A stretch of 34,969 nucleotides of DNA, from positions 1 through 34,969 of the forward strand of contig JBDRLL010000008.1 of the NCBI GenBank assembly GCA_043813075.1. Reading direction: 5' to 3'. The DNA is from Candidatus Altiarchaeota archaeon (GTDB taxonomy: Archaea; Altiarchaeota; Altiarchaeia; IMC4; SCGC-AAA252-I15). The notes beneath the pieces are model-generated. The model made no database searches. It was not told the origin of the DNA and worked only from the letters and a program-made list of their open reading frames with translations. Below, in pieces: positions 34,170-34,969 of the stretch (its first letter is position 1; the number at the start of each line of letters is the position of its first letter). The position numbers were made by a program, and so were the translations under genes.

Positions 34170-34969
34170 ATGAAGCTGCGCATGAATCTTGAGTCAGAGA
34201 GGCGGATATTCGAGAACTATCTCGAAAAGATAGGGAAACTCCAGTCCAAGGTGATAGTAATATCACTGATAACCGTAATACTGCTCGGCCTAATACATCT
34301 TGGAGTGAACGTCAATGTACTTTCCCTAACGCCCGCCCAGATATCCTCGCTCTCTCGCATTATGCTGAGCATAGTGGTCATCATCGTCGCCACCATCTTC
34401 CTGAAGCTCAGCACGCCATTAGTCAACAAGTTCTTCTTCTTCCTGGACTCGCCTTCACGCAGCATACTCCTAAAAGCCTGGAACTATGGCGTCTGGGTGA
34501 CGGCCATAATAATAATACTGGCCCAATTCACAGGCCACATACAGTCTCTCGGCATATCCATCGGCGTCTTTTCGGCAGGTCTTGCCATAGCATTGCAGCA
34601 GCCTATCACGTCTATTGTCGGATGGCTTGTCATACTCGCCAGGCGTCCATACAAAATAGGGGACCGTATCGTGGTCAGGGGAATAAAGGGTGACGTGGTG
34701 GAAATAACCATGTTCTACACGGTGGTCAGGGAGTTCGGGAGGGACATGAGTTCCGACGACCCGACCGGCGTTAAGATAACGATACCCAACAACATCATAC
34801 TCATGGAGCCGATACTCAACTACACCTCAGACTTCCCGTTCATATGGGATTTCGTTCCCGTGTCAGTGACATACGAGAGCGACATAAAGCTCGCCCGAGA
34901 GCTGGTGAAGACTGCCGCCAAGAACGTCCTGGGCGATACCATGGAGAAGGCGGTGGCCAGGATGAGGCC
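34170..34969 (+). CDS. MscS family mechanosensitive channel (3' end runs off the window; not in the ORF track)
   Basis: Open frame from ATG 34170/34182: TMs, GVFSAGLAIALQ, RPYKIGDRI, KGDVVEI, IPNN, NYT and VSVTYESD. Confidence 0.9.
   Translation, partial: MKLRMNLESERRIFENYLEKIGKLQSKVIVISLITVILLGLIHLGVNVNVLSLTPAQISSLSRIMLSIVVIIVATIFLKLSTPLVNKFFFFLDSPSRSILLKAWNYGVWVTAIIIILAQFTGHIQSLGISIGVFSAGLAIALQQPITSIVGWLVILARRPYKIGDRIVVRGIKGDVVEITMFYTVVREFGRDMSSDDPTGVKITIPNNIILMEPILNYTSDFPFIWDFVPVSVTYESDIKLARELVKTAAKNVLGDTMEKAVARMR

Noticed and set aside
1-34969. CRISPR arrays, tRNA/rRNA genes, transposases, integrases and Sec/Pyl read-through
   Set aside because: No periodic repeats, cloverleafs, recombinase motifs or interrupted conserved frames seen by eye; tRNAscan-SE and Infernal would be needed to exclude small RNAs.

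Overview
Gene-dense archaeal chromosome segment. The evidence is an archaeal-type adenylate kinase, L34e, DUF106, cmk, a class III signal peptide, TTTATATA boxes and GGTGA ribosome-binding sites. A DPANN/Altiarchaeota-like host is my inference only. Four blocks are visible. (1) 1-9.6 kb: an accessory envelope/lipid-modification cluster with a TRAM-less MiaB-like radical SAM enzyme, two paralogous carboxyl-methyltransferases flanking a membrane-anchored esterase, a UgtP-like glycosyltransferase, and, convergently, an FAD oxidoreductase, a PaaK/CapK-like ligase and a GT-C membrane glycosyltransferase. (2) 9.8-17.6 kb: housekeeping and transport genes, including a detached adk-DUF106-L34e-cmk fragment whose L34e is nearly twice normal length. 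(3) 17.6-21.6 kb plus 29.8-34.1 kb: a complete glycine cleavage system (T, H, P1, P2, L) with LipA and a bipartite lipoate ligase, all on the minus strand. (4) Splitting block 3 is an 8.2-kb divergon (21.6-29.8 kb), the best candidate for an undescribed system. Its left arm has a cation-diffusion-facilitator (CDF) domain fused to HflK, followed by HflC, although archaea generally lack FtsH. Its right arm has DUF134, two mini-proteins, a J-domain protein, two NifB/NifX proteins, two Fe-S P-loop ATPases, a thioredoxin-CcdA-like membrane protein and TrmO. A perfect inverted repeat overlaps the TATA box between the arms. No rRNA, tRNA, CRISPR array or transposase was recognised. All family calls come from motif recognition by eye, not database searches.
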